Of a stretch of 64,000 nt of DNA, positions 14,567 to 28,940 are shown piece after piece; within the stretch, counting starts at the first letter, position 1; each line of letters opens with the position of its first letter. Below the pieces are notes generated by a model. The model ran no database searches and was not told where the DNA came from. It worked only from the letters and a program-made list of their open reading frames with translations. Made by a program: the position numbers and the translations under genes. Source of the stretch: the human T2T-CHM13v2.0 reference genome, Homo sapiens. The DNA is taken from NCBI RefSeq assembly GCF_009914755.1, contig NC_060932.1; one strand, given 5' to 3'.

Positions 14567-15570
14567 TGTAGGGAAAAGAAAGAGAGATCAGACTGTTACT
14601 GTGTCTATGTAGAAAGGAAAGACATAAGAGACTCCATTTTGAAAAAGACCTATACTTTTAAAAATCACTTTGCTGAGATGTTGTTAATGTGTAGCTTTGC
14701 CCCAGCCACTTTGACCCAACCTGAAGCTCACAAAAACATGTGGTGTATGAAATCAAGGTTTAAGGGATCTAGGGCTGTGCAGGACATGCCTTGTGAACAA
14801 AATGTTTCCAAGCATTATACTTGGTAAAAGTCATCGCCATTCTCTCGTCTCATTAAACCAGGGGCACAATACACTGTGGAAAGCGGCAGGGACCTCTGCC
14901 CTTGACAGTGGTATATTGTCCAAGGTTTCTCCCCATGTGATAGTCTGAAATGTGGCCTCGTGGGATGAGAAATACCTGACCGTCCCCCTCCTGACACCCG
15001 TAAGGTCTGTGCTGAGGTGGATTAGTCAAAGAGGAAAGCCTCTTGCAGTTGAGAGAGAGGAAGGCCGCTGTCTCCTGCCTGCCCCTGGGAACTGAATGTC
15101 TCGGTATAAAACCCGATTGTACGTTTGTTCAATTCTGAGATGGGAGAAAAACCTCCCTATGGTGGGAGGTGAGACATGTTTGCAGCAATGCTGCCTTTAC
15201 TCCACTGAGATGTTTGGGTGGAGAGAAACATCAATCTGACTTACGTACACGTCCAGTCATAGTACCTTCCCTTGAACTTCCTTATGACATAGATTCTATT
15301 GCTCACATGTTTGTTGCTGACCTTCTCCTTATTATCACCCTGCTCTCCTACTACATTCCTTTTTGCTAAAATAATAAAAACAATAATCAATAAAAACTGA
15401 GGGAACTCAGAGGCTGGTGCCAGTGCAGGTCCTTGGTGCACTGAGCACCGGTCCCCTGGGCCCACTGTTGTTTCTCTATTCTTTGTCTCTGTGTCTTATT
15501 TCTTTTATCAGTCTCTCATCCCACCCAACTAGAAATACCCACAGGTGTGGAGGGGCAGGCCACCCCTTAA
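14567..15570 (+). mobile_element. HERV-K(HML-2) solo LTR, older LTR5A/5B type
   Basis: Starts TGTAGGGAAAAGAAAGAGAGATCAGACTG, ends GGGGCAGGCCACCCCTTAA; 6-bp TSD AGTGAG (14561-14566 and 15571-15576); TATAAA at 15105, AATAAA at 15389. Confidence 0.93.
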
Positions 15571-15889
15571 AGTGAGTGCTGAGGGGCGGTCAGGAGGCTT
15601 GTTTTCTTTCCTCCTCATCAGGACAAACAGGAGAGTGCGGTGGACAGATGGGAGGAGATCAATGTGCAAACTGTCTGCTCAGCAGACTGTGGAGTTTCTG
15701 TTCTTCTTTGTGGTGGGGTCTCAGAAATCTTATTCAAAATGTTGCTTTCCTCCCCCACTGGTTGCCTTTTTCACAGACATCTCACCCATGATAGCAGGGA
15801 ATGAGTCCCTCTAAACTATTCCCTCAGAACAACAAAAAGATGATGAAGGTGATGATGAGGATAAAGAGGATGATGACAGACACCATGGC

Positions 15890-16110
15890 ATCATGAACCC
15901 TTACTGAGGGCTTCCTAAAGGCCAAGCTCTGAGCTCTGTGCTCTATGCAGCTTGTTTCATTTCATCTGCATAGTCTCCCAGTTATTAGTGCACATTTCAT
16001 GATAATTTTACAGACTAGAAAAGGAGCAACGCATTTTCATAGAACTCGTACCAGATCATGAAGTCAAAAAGGGTGAAGTCCAATTTGAACCAGGCAGTCT
16101 AAGTCCAGAC
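15890..16110. mobile_element. MIR fragment
   Basis: Degenerate MIR core ATTTTACAGA..GAAA..AGGAGC and downstream TTTGAACCAGGCAGTCT. Confidence 0.55.
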
Positions 16111-16496
16111 ACATGGCATTTGGCCAGTCCTCTCCCTGCATCCAACCTGCCCTCTCAAATCCTTGTCACTCAGGCGGTTGCCCCTGCTCACTGTGCCCTT
16201 CCCTTTGGGGGTTCCTTGTAGACCACAGCTAGACCAGTGGGTGCCGCAGTCACTGTGTCAAGTATGGAAAGGACAGCTGAGATCACATCAAGGATTCCAG
16301 AAAGAATTGGCACAGGATCATTCAAGATGCATCTCTCCGTTGCCCCTGTTCCTGGCTTTCCTTCAACTTCCTCAAAGGGGACATCATTTCGGAGTTTGGC
16401 TTCCATTCCTACTGAGGAAGCTGGAAAGCATTTCAAAAATTCTCCTCCGATGTTCCTGTGGTTAAGACCTCTGAGCTCTGCTTAAAACTTTTTGAA

Positions 16497-16892
<396 letters not shown>

Positions 16893-17565
16893 TCACTTCA
16901 CCCTTGAATCCCTTTGCTCAAGACTAAAGTTCTGAGAGGAAGTCTAATCGGCTGAGTTGTGTCCATGTGGGCAGTGCAGGAAAGGATGCAGCGGGAGGCG
17001 GCTCCAGGGACGTCTTTGGCTTCCATCGTGGGGAAGCAGGCGCCTGGATTATCCACCCTAACAAATCTGGACAAAGGAAAACGAGGTTCTCTCAGGAAGG
17101 AGACATAGAGCCCAAGGAGCTCACCAAGAGATAAATAGTCATCCTGTCTTGTCATTTTCTTTTACACATGTGTGTACATTATCTTACAGTTATCACTTTG
17201 TTTTCTTTCTCTCCTTTAATTGCACCCTGCTGCCAAAAGTTAAAATAACATGAAAATGTTGAGATAGCTCAGTAACTGACTTTTGGTCAATTGCCTTTTC
17301 ATATAGTGAACAGCTGCCCAAATAGTTGCCTCTGTCACTGTGCAAATTTGCAAGTGTTTGCATGATCACTCCCAATCCCCCAAGACAGGGCTGTGTTACA
17401 GCACAATTTAGTTCAGTGTTTTGCTCTCCGCAACAGGGAGGTTCTCATCCATTACAGGTTGCAGTAAAAACAGGGGTACCATAAGCAACCACCGCTTTCC
17501 TCAATGATGTGATGAAAGCAAAAGCCAAGTAGCTTGATGTATGCAACTTAAAAATATAAAAAGTT

Positions 17566-17949
17566 ACGACCATGGGTTGCAGTTGGAGCTATGGCGGCGG
17601 CAGCTGCCACTGGCACTAGCCCGGGGTCTGGACCTGGGGACTCCCCAGAAGGGCCTGAGGGGGAGGCTCACGGAGCGTCGGTGGAAGGCGCACAGAATGC
17701 TAAAGCTTTACAACGGCCTCTCGGAAGGGGAGGCAGCGGGACTCCCCGCGGGGCCCGACCTCCTGGACCGCACTGATCTGAACAGGGCGCACTTCGACCC
17801 GGAAGTTTACCTAGACAAGCTGCATAGAGTGTGCCCTCTGGCCCAGCTGATGGACAGTGAGACGGACATGGTGCGGCAGATCCGGGCTATAGACAGCGAC
17901 ATGCAGACCCTGGTCTATGAGAACTACGACAAGTTCACCCCAGCCACGG
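17566..17949 (+). pseudogene. VPS51: VPS51 processed pseudogene (5'UTR plus N-terminal ~120 codons only)
   Basis: ATG at 17591 [26 protein letters not shown], frameshift near 17669, then [13 protein letters not shown]...[11 protein letters not shown]...[26 protein letters not shown]; intronless. Confidence 0.9.
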
Positions 17950-18036
17950 AAATTGACAAACAGCATAAAACTGTATGAGGAATTGCAGGAGACCCAGAAT
18001 TTCCCAAATAACCTTGTAAAAGAACAAAGTTGGAAG

Positions 18037-18040
<4 letters not shown>

Positions 18041-18072
<32 letters not shown>

Positions 18073-18086
18073 TATATATATATATA
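18041..18086. repeat. (CA)n(TA)n microsatellite
   Basis: Seen directly. Confidence 0.9.
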
Positions 18087-18439
18087 AAAATAAAGTTTTG
18101 TTTTCATTCAGTTGTAAATATTTAGTAATTTCTATTGTGATTTTTCCTTTAACTCATGAAAGGATATTTTTAATTTTCCAAATGTATGCTTGTGTTTAGC
18201 TATCTTCTTGCTGTTGACTTCTAATTTTGTTGCATTATGGTCAGGAAATTGTGGTCTGGACAATGTCAATCGTATAGTGGATTTTGTTGAGACTTCTTTA
18301 GGGGCCTAATATGTGGCCAGTTTTTTTTTTTTTTTTTTGCAAATGTGCCACATATGGTTAAAAGGAATGTGGATTATTTGTTTTTTAGGGGAGTTTTTAT
18401 TTTTAAATAGATAAGGTTCTCAGTGTAATTGAAATCTAG

Positions 18440-18850
18440 CTTCAATTAACAATATGCTAGATCTCTCAAACCTTAGGATGTTAGTCAATGTAACACTGGA
18501 CAATGCTGCTGAGACAAATAAACCCTGAATTCTGAGTTGGTTGGCACCCATAGCATAATCTGGTGCAGGGCAGGTGTTCTCCTTGGGGGCCCTTGTCCAA
18601 CAGTGATTCAGAGATCTTGGAGGTTTCCATGTTTTAATTCTGCCATCTCAGAGTTTTTCACTTGTAGCCATATGGATAGGAAGAGAGGGAACATAGCTCA
18701 CACTTGCCTTTGGTAACCTTGGCCCAGAAGTGATTTCTTCTTTTCCTATTTGTGGAAATGCAGTCACATGGTTCCAAACTAACTGCAAGTGAGGCTGGGA
18801 AATGTAGTCTTTCTGCATGTCCAGGAAGAGGAATGGTGTGAACGCAGCAT
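18440..18850. mobile_element. MLT1-type (MaLR) LTR remnant
   Basis: AGTCACATGG...AACTGCAAGTGAGGCTGGGAAATGTAGTCTTT motif typical of MLT1. Confidence 0.6.
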
Positions 18851-20539
18851 TGTCTTTGACACACTAAGCATATGCTGAAGAGTTCTTACTCTCATAGGAG
18901 GTTTGTCTGTCCTGTGTAACTGTCTCAGTTTTTGCTTAGATAGTTTCAGGCAATGTTGTTTGGTGCATTCAGCTTGATGATTATTATGTCCTCTTGGCAA
19001 AGTAGTCAAGATTCCCATCAGTTTGAATGAAAGTGTCTTACAGAGAGGGCAGGAAATGTTAATACTTTAAAGGGCCCTTCTATTCCTCCACTGTACAGAT
19101 AAGAACAACAGAGTCCTAGAGAGAGGAGGTCATGGGTCTCACTCATGAGTGGCAGAATTGAATCCAACATGGCAGTAACTTTGCCTTTCCCCCATCATGT
19201 TGTTCTCCGTCTATCTTCACTCTGCTGATTTCTTCACTTGCTCCATACAGACCCCCCAGTGCCAAGTATATAAGGAGTGATTAATCTGAGCTTCTCCAGA
19301 AAGTCCATTCCTGGTAGGCACTGGGAATAAGAAATCTCAGAATATGAAATAACATCAAGGGGTAGCACTTTTGTGAATGGCTTCCAAATTAGTTCCTTTA
19401 CCTTTTTCAGGCTTAGCCTGAGATGAAGCACATATTACAGAAATGTTCTCTCTATAGCATTACCTATTAGTCTAATGAGCATGAAAAAGAGGAGAGGGGA
19501 CATGCTCTCTCTAGCTATTATTACCTCCACTATAGAGTTGACATACACAAACTCATTATTGCATTATGTTTTATTCAACAAAATAAATTTAATGTTGTAG
19601 TTTAAATTAAATTCGCTGAAACATCTTTATCTCCAGCATAATGTGCCTCAAGTGCCTTCTTGGTGACTGCATTTTCTCCAGAATTAGAGTACTGAAGCTA
19701 TGTAATGGTGAAATTATATGCAATCTGCAAAACGGTGTGGCTATAACATCATATTTGGCCTTCCACGTAATTAAAGGAACATTTCCTCCTCAGAGCTTTT
19801 CCATCAGAGACCCAAAGGCTATCATTGTACAAATCACCCACTTAGGAAAACCTTTATTCCCAGTAGCCTATAAAAATCTGGTTATGCAAACAGATTTGCT
19901 TATTCAGTAACATTAATAGCTCCTCATGGTTAAAAATCCTATAATCTGTTTCCTCTGTGACCAAGTGTCGTTTTTATTTTGACATTTGGGAGCCTTTTGA
20001 CTCCTTTACAGCTGGCAAGAAGGCACAGGGAGGGAACTCTCAAAAACCAACAACCTATGTATTCCCAGCCTATTAATCAATAGAAAATCACTTCAACTGG
20101 ATTAGGGTCTTGTACCTGGCAGAAAGGCTCTTATGGACATTGGAATTGGATTTTAACACTTGGTATGACAACTCCTTGAATCAGATCAGATTAGTGTTTG
20201 ATAGACTCTTGCCAAAAAATTGCTCCAGGTTCTGTGCAGTAGCTAAAGACTTTTCGTTGTTGTTGTTTTAAAAGCAGCATTAAATGTTTTCGTGAAGACC
20301 TTCCCAGCAGTGATTTTATTGTGAACATGGTCTTTAGCTCTGGTCCTGTATAACTCACACTGAGGAAACCTCTAACAAGTGTTTTATTGGAAGATGTCTG
20401 ATGGATGGTTGCTTTTAATAACAAATCTCTTCCCTTTTTCTGTCCCCTGTGTTCTATTCTCCTTTCTCTACACGTTATTCAGGGAGGATTCACCTATTCC
20501 CAAAGTCCTTTCCTCTTTATTTCCATTCCAGAGCTCTCT

Positions 20540-21700
<1,161 letters not shown>

Positions 21701-22083
21701 CTCTAGAGCTGTGCACACATGTTCAGACATTGGAGCACATCTTGTCTAGCACCTCTTTTGAGGTGGCTTAGAGAAAAGTCAGTAGGTACTTCCCCAAGGA
21801 TGAAACAGAAGCTTCACCTAAACCAGTTCTGCAACTTCAGCCTGCATTAGCATTCTCTGAGAGCTTGTTAAAAATGCAGTCTCCTAGAGCCCACTCTTCA
21901 AGAGTCGGTGAGTTGCTTCATCATCAAAATATATACAGAATTCAGCCAGTCTTCAGCGTCAGCCTGGTCTGAGCCACTGTGGACTCCCACCTGCAGAATG
22001 TCCCTGCTGGTCTCCTTGCTTCTGCTCTTACCTTCTAATTACCCATTCAAGTAGCCAGGGTGATCCTTTTAAAATTTTTTTAA

Positions 22084-22325
22084 ATTTTTTTTGAGATGAA
22101 GTCTCACTCTGTTGCCCAGGCTGGAGTGCAGTGGTGCTATCTCAGCTCGCTGCAGCTCTACCTCCTGGGCTCAAGCCATCCTCCCACCTCAGCCTCCTGG
22201 GTAACTGGGACCACAGACATACACCACCACACCCGGCTAATTTTTGTATTTTTTGTAAAGACACGGTCTTGCTATGTTGCCCAGGCTAGTCTTGAACTTC
22301 TGTGTGCACCCACCTCAGCCTCCTG
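22084..22325 (-). mobile_element. Alu (J-type), partial
   Basis: GGGCTCAAGCCATCCTCCCACCTCAGCC. Confidence 0.8.
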
Positions 22326-23079
22326 CATTTTTAGGAGGCCCCTCTTGTAGGGATTTTGATCCAGAGGACTGGGTGCCTCATGTCTCCTCCCATCTCTCTC
22401 TTCTTTCTGTCTCTGTCCTCTCTCTCTTTCTCTTTGCCTTATAGCTGCCCTGGGAACTAGACTCTGCCTTAGGCATCCCTCTGACTCTTGTTTGCTTTTA
22501 CACTGAGGCTGTTTTAAGTTGCACCTTGATCTGAAGCCTTGGGCTTCTGTTCCTATTCCTTGCTTTTGTTGGAAGGGCCGTGCAGCTTCTTGACAAATTG
22601 CAAAGGTGCCTACGAGTTTCCAAGTCCCCAAGAACCAAGCCAGATGACAAACAAAGATGCAGCCCACAGCTGGGGAGACAGATTTCATGTCCACACAGAG
22701 ACTCCAAGATGCTGAACTGAAATCCACCCCGAAGCCTGTTTTCTCTCTCATTTCAGTTCAATGTCAGCTGGGGGCTTGCAAGGCAGGGCTGGTGACCATT
22801 CACAGGGCAAAGATGCTTTGAAATGTCAACTGAGAATGGTGTGGTGGTTGACAGATGGCACGACAGAACATAGATTAACATGGAAAGAGAAACTCATCCC
22901 TTGGGGGGAGTGTGTGAGGCTGGCAGCCACACAGAGGGCTTTTGCTGTGAGCTCTTGCAGAGACATAAACAGCCAGGAGGTTTTGCTTTCTGAGCCTGAG
23001 TGGAAGCATGTTCCTCCCTGCACATTGCCGCTCTGCTGCAAATGTTTATTCCCGTTGCATTGATTAAAAGTGCTTACCA

Positions 23080-23480
<401 letters not shown>

Positions 23481-23602
23481 TCAGCCGGCCAGGAGTGACT
23501 GGGTGTAAATATTGCTGCCACTACATACTGTAGCCTGATTGGGGCCGTGTTTGCAGAACCCCTAAACCACTACACTTGTTCAGGCTTAAAAATAAGCTTA
23601 CT

Positions 23603-23906
23603 TTTTTGGTTGTTTTGTTTTGTTTTATGAGATGGAGTCTTGTTCTGTCACCGGGTTGGAATGCAGTGGCATGATCTCGGCCCACTGCAACCTCTGCCTC
23701 CTGCGTTGAAGTGATTCTCCTGCCTCAGGCTCCCGAGTAGCTGGGACTACAGGCGTGTGCCATCATGGCCAGCTAATTTTTGAATTTTTAGTACAGACAA
23801 GGCTTCACCATGTTGGTCAGGATGGTGTGATCTCTTGACCTCGTGATCTGCCTGCCTTGGCTTCCCAAAGTGCTATGATTACAGGCGTGAGCCACCATGC
23901 CTGGTC
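23603..23906 (-). mobile_element. Alu (Sc-like)
   Basis: Antisense dimer flanked by CTTACTTT repeats. Confidence 0.85.
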
Positions 23907-24264
23907 AAACATAAACTTACTTTCTTACCTCTTCTGCTGAACTCTATTTGCTTCTTTTCTCAACTTCTGCTGAACTCTATTTTGCTTCTTTTTCCTGGAT
24001 AAAGCTCTTCTTTATCCAGAAGACTTTTAGCAACAAAGTTACCCAATGCCCTTCCCTAGTCTCTCCTTGCAACTGGCTCTCGGGTTGGGGTGGGGGGGGT
24101 GTGTAGGAGGAAATCCTTGACAGAACCAATTTACATGACTGTTTGGAGTACTCTGGCTAGCCCCAGGAGGTGTTTGCATTTTTAAATTGGTTAGTAGTGT
24201 CAGAATGTTTCATGAGTAAGAGCCCAGCCTCTAAGTTGGATACCCTGAATTTAAATCTCAACAT

Positions 24265-24872
24265 GGCCACTTTGTATATAACCAGAGGTTGGATTTGGGG
24301 ACCCAATGGATCTACCATGACATGAACTTGCACCAACATTCACCTGACCTCCAAAATGCCTATTCTGACTAGTAGACCCTAGTCTCACCCTAGTGCCAGT
24401 TCAGAGCCTGTGTCCAGTGATCCTGCACAGGTCCCATTAGTTCCTTTTCTCCTATTCAGTCATCCTGGTAAAAGGCTGTGTATTCCCTTGGGGGCAGGCT
24501 GGGAGAAAGATGGACAGTATTAATTTTTGGCAGTGTAGCAGAGTCCTTTCTGGAGGGAACCTGGCTTCCCATTCAGACAAGGGACTCCGGGTCTGTGAAC
24601 TGGCTCACGTCTGGGAATTGACGGGAGACTGTGACTCTGTTTTTATGATTCAGATTACACTTCTGCTCACCTGACCTAGAACTCTTCTGCAAACACAGAT
24701 CAAGTAAAAATGTGGCAGGCTTCTTATCTCTTTCACTTCTAGGAAAGCCACGATCAGCTGGCACCATAGGTCTCTGCGAGTCAGGCTATTCTGGTTGCAG
24801 CTTTGACTCTGCTGTCTTTTATGATAACTGCATCCACCTTGCCTTTGGGGATTGAGTGCTCTGACCACTTGG
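24265..24872 (-). mobile_element. HERV-L/ERVL internal (gag-pro) fragment between MIR pieces
   Basis: Minus-strand ALNPQRQGGCSYHKRQQSQSCNQNSLT..LW, RSERDKKPATFLLDL, SQFPDVSQFTDPE resemble ERV-L gag. Confidence 0.75.
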
Positions 24873-26379
24873 CCCCAGCCCCTGTAGTGTGCCTATGTCA
24901 TTTACCCTCTTTATATGTCAGTCTCCTCCTCTATAAAATGGGAATCCTCATTGCACCCACCCCCAGGGCTGCTGTGAGGTATAGATGGATTAGCATTTGG
25001 AAAGTAATAGAAGAGGGTCTCAAAGCCCATGTGTCGTTATCAGAATTATTTCGTGACAGGGGAGAGCTGGAGGAGAGAGGAAAGAGTTGAGCAGACCCAC
25101 GTGCTCTCCCACCAGTGTTTCCTGAGCACCTACTATGTGCTGCCCACTGTGAGAGCTGTTAGGGTTGAAATAGGGAGCACAGCAGTGTAGGGGCTGCCAT
25201 CAGGAGCTCAGTGGGGAGACCATTGTGCAACATGGTTCCAGCGCTTGCGGTGGGGAAGCTCAGGGAGTACAGGGGCCTAGGATCCTGGGCAGAATCATGG
25301 AAAGGACACAGCCTCCCTAGCCTGTCCTGCCTCCGCTGCCTCCCTGGCCTCCTCTGCATCCCTGGCCTCTCCTGACTTCCTGGCTTCCCCTTCCTCCCTG
25401 GCCTCCCCAGTCTCCCCTGTCTCTCCTGCTTTTGAGATGGGCCAGGAGCTGCTGGTGCTCACTTAGCCTGTCCTGGACTCTGGGTGTAGCACTTCGATGT
25501 CCAGAAAATACGCCCGGGTTCAGCTCATCACACAGCCAAGGAAGGAGCTCCACACTGACACTAAGGGTGCATCCTGGGCTCATTCATCAGGGCATGCCTC
25601 CAAAATATTTCTCCACGTCTCCTCCCTTTGCCCACCTGCACTGTCTCTGTGCCTGAGCCCTGGCTGAGGGTCTGCAAGGATCCCCTATCTCCTCTGCCCC
25701 TGCACGGCTGGGTCCCAGGCAATCTGTCCGCCCACCACGCCTGTCGCCCCTTGCCCACCACGCTCCAGCCCCACAGTCCTCTTTCTGCTTCTTTCCCAGC
25801 CTCTGGGCTTTTGCACACGCTGTTCCCTCTGCCTGAACACCCTCCACTGGGCTGAGAACAACTCTCTGAGACCTCTCTCAGCTGTTGCTTCCTTTGGAAC
25901 AGCCGCTGCTGCTGTCCCTCTCCCAGCTGCAAGACCGGCTGAGCCTCCTGTCTTTTTCAGTTCCCATGCCCCCAGCACTTCTCCTTGGCCTCCTTTGGCC
26001 GAATTGACAATGTCCATTCTCAATGCCTTCTCACCCAGCGCTGAGCCCCACTGGATGAAGGCAATGCCTGTCATGTTCACCGCAATATCCCCTCCCCCAT
26101 CACCACGCCTGGTCCACAGTGATGCTCAAAAAAGATCTGTTGGTAGGCAATGCGAAGGTGCATTCATGTCATCCTGCAGGCGGAATTCTCCACGAGTTTT
26201 GAGCAGCCTCGGGTTTCCCACCCCCTCCAAATCATGGAAGAAACAGGGTAAGAGCAAAGACAAGGTGGCTGTGGCCGATATCCACCCTATCCGAGCGTCC
26301 CTTGTCTTCTCTCCTCCTTGGGCAGGGAGACTATCGGGGTGCAACCTGGCTGGGGCGGGGAGGAGGTGCAGGGCCTGGC

Positions 26380-27060
26380 CAGAGCGGGCCTGGCCACGGG
26401 CAAGGGACAGCGACCGCCTGGGCCAGGACAGGTGAGAGCGGCGCAGTACCGGGCCCGTCGTGTCCGCGCTGCGCGGGAGAGGCCAGCAGAGGGCGCCAGA
26501 GAGCCAGGAGCGGCCCGCGGAGGAGCCCGCGCCAGCCCGATGCCCAGCTCCGCGCCGCGCGGACCCAACGAGCCCGCGCTCAGACGCCCCAGCTCCGCCG
26601 AGAGGCCGCTCGCGCCGGGTGCTTCTTCTTCCCAAGTGCAGGCAGAGCCCCTGGAGCCATGGCCAGCCCTTCCGGCAGCTCCGAAGCCACTGGCAAGCCC
26701 CGAGGCAGGGATGGCCGGCCCAGGAGGGAGGAGGACGACGTCCCTCCCGAAGAGAAGAGGCTACGGCTGTTGCTGGAGGGGGGAAGCGCACAGCCCGAGG
26801 ACTGCGAGGACGGGGAGGACGCGCTGCGGCCGGGCAGGGAGGAGACCGGCACCTAGACAGGTGGCGACGGCAGAGGAGTAAGTGACGCGGGCGCGGGGGT
26901 CCGGGGCTGCCGGGGGCGCGGAGGAGCCGGGGACGCGGGGTAGAGGCGGCGGGAGGCTCCGTGGCCGGTCCCGGGTTGAAGTTGGTAATTGAGCGGCAAG
27001 TCCGGCGGGCGCGGAGTGACAGCTCGTGACGGCCTCCGAGACGCCAGCTGCCCCTTCTCG
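26380..27060. promoter_or_regulatory. CpG island / probable promoter
   Basis: Very high GC and CpG density compared with the rest of the window. Confidence 0.85.
26540..26877 (+). pseudogene. First-exon-like segment, disrupted; probably paralogous to the far-upstream RBFOX1 exon at 16p13.3
   Basis: Strong Kozak GCCATGG at 26659; 73 codons MASPSGSSEATGKPRGRDGRPRREEDDVPPEEKRLR...; in-frame TAG at 26854-26856; donor GGA/GTAAGT at 26877/26878. The RBFOX1 link is recalled, not verified. Confidence 0.55.
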
Positions 27061-28259
27061 GCTGTGTGGCTTCGACTTCCTGATTCTCCCACGAGGTCCC
27101 TGGCTGGGATACCCGCTGGACTCTGTGGCTGGCCAAAAGGGGAGGGGGAGCCCCGTGTCCTGGGGGCCCCCAGCAGGGGAAGGGGCGTGGGTTGCCCTGG
27201 GCATCCTGTCTGGGGCATCTGTCTGGGAGTCTGTCGGTGCCTCTCACCTGGCGAGGGGCATGTGGTGGGGGCAGGGGGGAAGTCCCTGGCGCCAGGCTTG
27301 GCCAAGCCCTGCTCTGCTGGGCTGCGGGCTGGTGGCGCCCACCCAGCTCCTCACCTGTCCCGCATCTTCCTGTTTTTTTTTCCCTTTCTAGTTGGGCAGC
27401 CAGAGTTGAGAGGAGGCAGATGGCTTCCATCCCAGAAATTGTTCTCTTTCCATCCCTACAGAGAGGGACAGAGAGGCAAAGTTCCTTGCATCCCCCGGGG
27501 CGCTGTCCCTATGAGCTCCCGGTGTCCTGCACACGTGGGCCCCTGAGTCACCGGGCCTGTGTGTGTGGGATGGGGCTCCGTGGCCAGCCTGGCCTCCTGG
27601 GGTTCACTTTCTGCTTTCCTACCCCAACTCTTCCTGTGTGGCTTTGCTGGCCTTCCACTGGGGAGGCACGTGAGTTTGGAGGGCAGATGAAGGCCTGCTG
27701 GAGAACTGTACCCCTCAGTGAGTGCTGCCCCCTTGATGGTTTTTGATGGATAATGGGGTTGACCTCTTTGTTCCTTCCACATGTTTTTATGTTTGACCAT
27801 TTACTTAACTGAGCTTGTCTTAATAATTGGATTCGTGGTTAATGAGCCCCACATGGGAGAGAGGGCGGCCTGCATTCTGAACCCATTTAGGCAGCACTGG
27901 CAGCCCTCCTCGCCGTGGGCTGCATCAGAGCCCCCCCTGCCCAGTCTTGGGGTTGCTCCTGGATGCTGTCTGGGAGGCTTGCTCATGGTGACATCCTCAT
28001 CTCCCTGTGCACGTTACCGCATTCAGAGCTTGGGTCACCTGGACACTGAACTCAGGTGAATTTTCTCTGAGATCCCGGGAGAAGGAGGACAGTTCTCTGG
28101 AAGGTTTTCCAGGGCCGATCACGGAAAGGATGAGAAGGGAGAGGTACTGGTCGGGAACACAATTACGGTGGCAGTGTAACACCAGGAAACTTTATTGCGT
28201 AAAGTCCCTGTCACTCCCTCTACCTCCTTCTTTTACGTGGACTCTGCCAAAGACCAGGA

Positions 28260-28530
28260 TACCATAATGCAGTAGGGTGACCAAGCGTAGTGGGACCTTG
28301 GGAACAGGAGTCTGGAGTCAGGCAGCTGGGGTTTGGATCCTGGTTCTGCCCCTCCTTCGCTGGCTGACATGGCACAAGCCACTTACCCTCTATGAGCCTT
28401 ACTGTCTTCAGTGGCAAATGGATCTGTCTAGAGACCCCAGTGCCTGCGGTTGTTACTGCTGAGATTAAGGGAAACTCGTCCATAGAAGCACTTAGCGTTG
28501 TGCCTGGCACATAGTGTATGGCGGATAAAT
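28260..28530. mobile_element. MIR
   Basis: TCTGGAGTCAGGCAGCTGGGGTTTGGATCCTGG...AGCACTTAGCGTTGTGCCTGGCACATAGT. Confidence 0.75.
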
Positions 28531-28614
28531 GGGACTTAGGACTGAAACTCATGCCTTAGTGTGTTTTTGCAGTGATGTTTTGTTCTGGGGTGCATCACAA
28601 GAGACAAGGTCCTT

Positions 28615-28940
28615 GGCCTGGCGTGGTGGCTCAAGCCAATAATCTCAGCACTTTGAGAGGGTGAAGGGGGGATCGCTTGAGCCCAGCAGTTTAAGACGAG
28701 CCTGGGCAACGTGGTGAAGCCTCATATCTACCAAAAAAACAAAAACCAAAACAAAACAAAAGCCAAGTATGGTGGTGTGTGCCTGTAGTCCCAAGGACTT
28801 TGGAGGTGGAGGTGGGAGGATTGCTAGAGCCTGGAAGGTCGGGCTGCAGTGAGCTGTGATCATGCCACTGCACTCCAGCCTGGGTGACAAAGTGAGATCC
28901 TGTTTCAAGGAAAAGACAGAGAGAGAGAGAGAGAGACAGA
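28615..28940 (+). mobile_element. Alu (J-type) with (GA)n tail
   Basis: Sense dimer with GCTGCAGTGAGCTGTGATCATG. Confidence 0.85.

Noticed and set aside
26126-27430. 434-aa minus-strand ORF and overlapping long ORFs
   Set aside because: Stop-poor GC-rich island with low-complexity P/R/G/A composition and no recognisable domain
27891-28055. 165-nt AG..GT exon candidate
   Set aside because: Weak polypyrimidine tract, in-frame stop, no independent support
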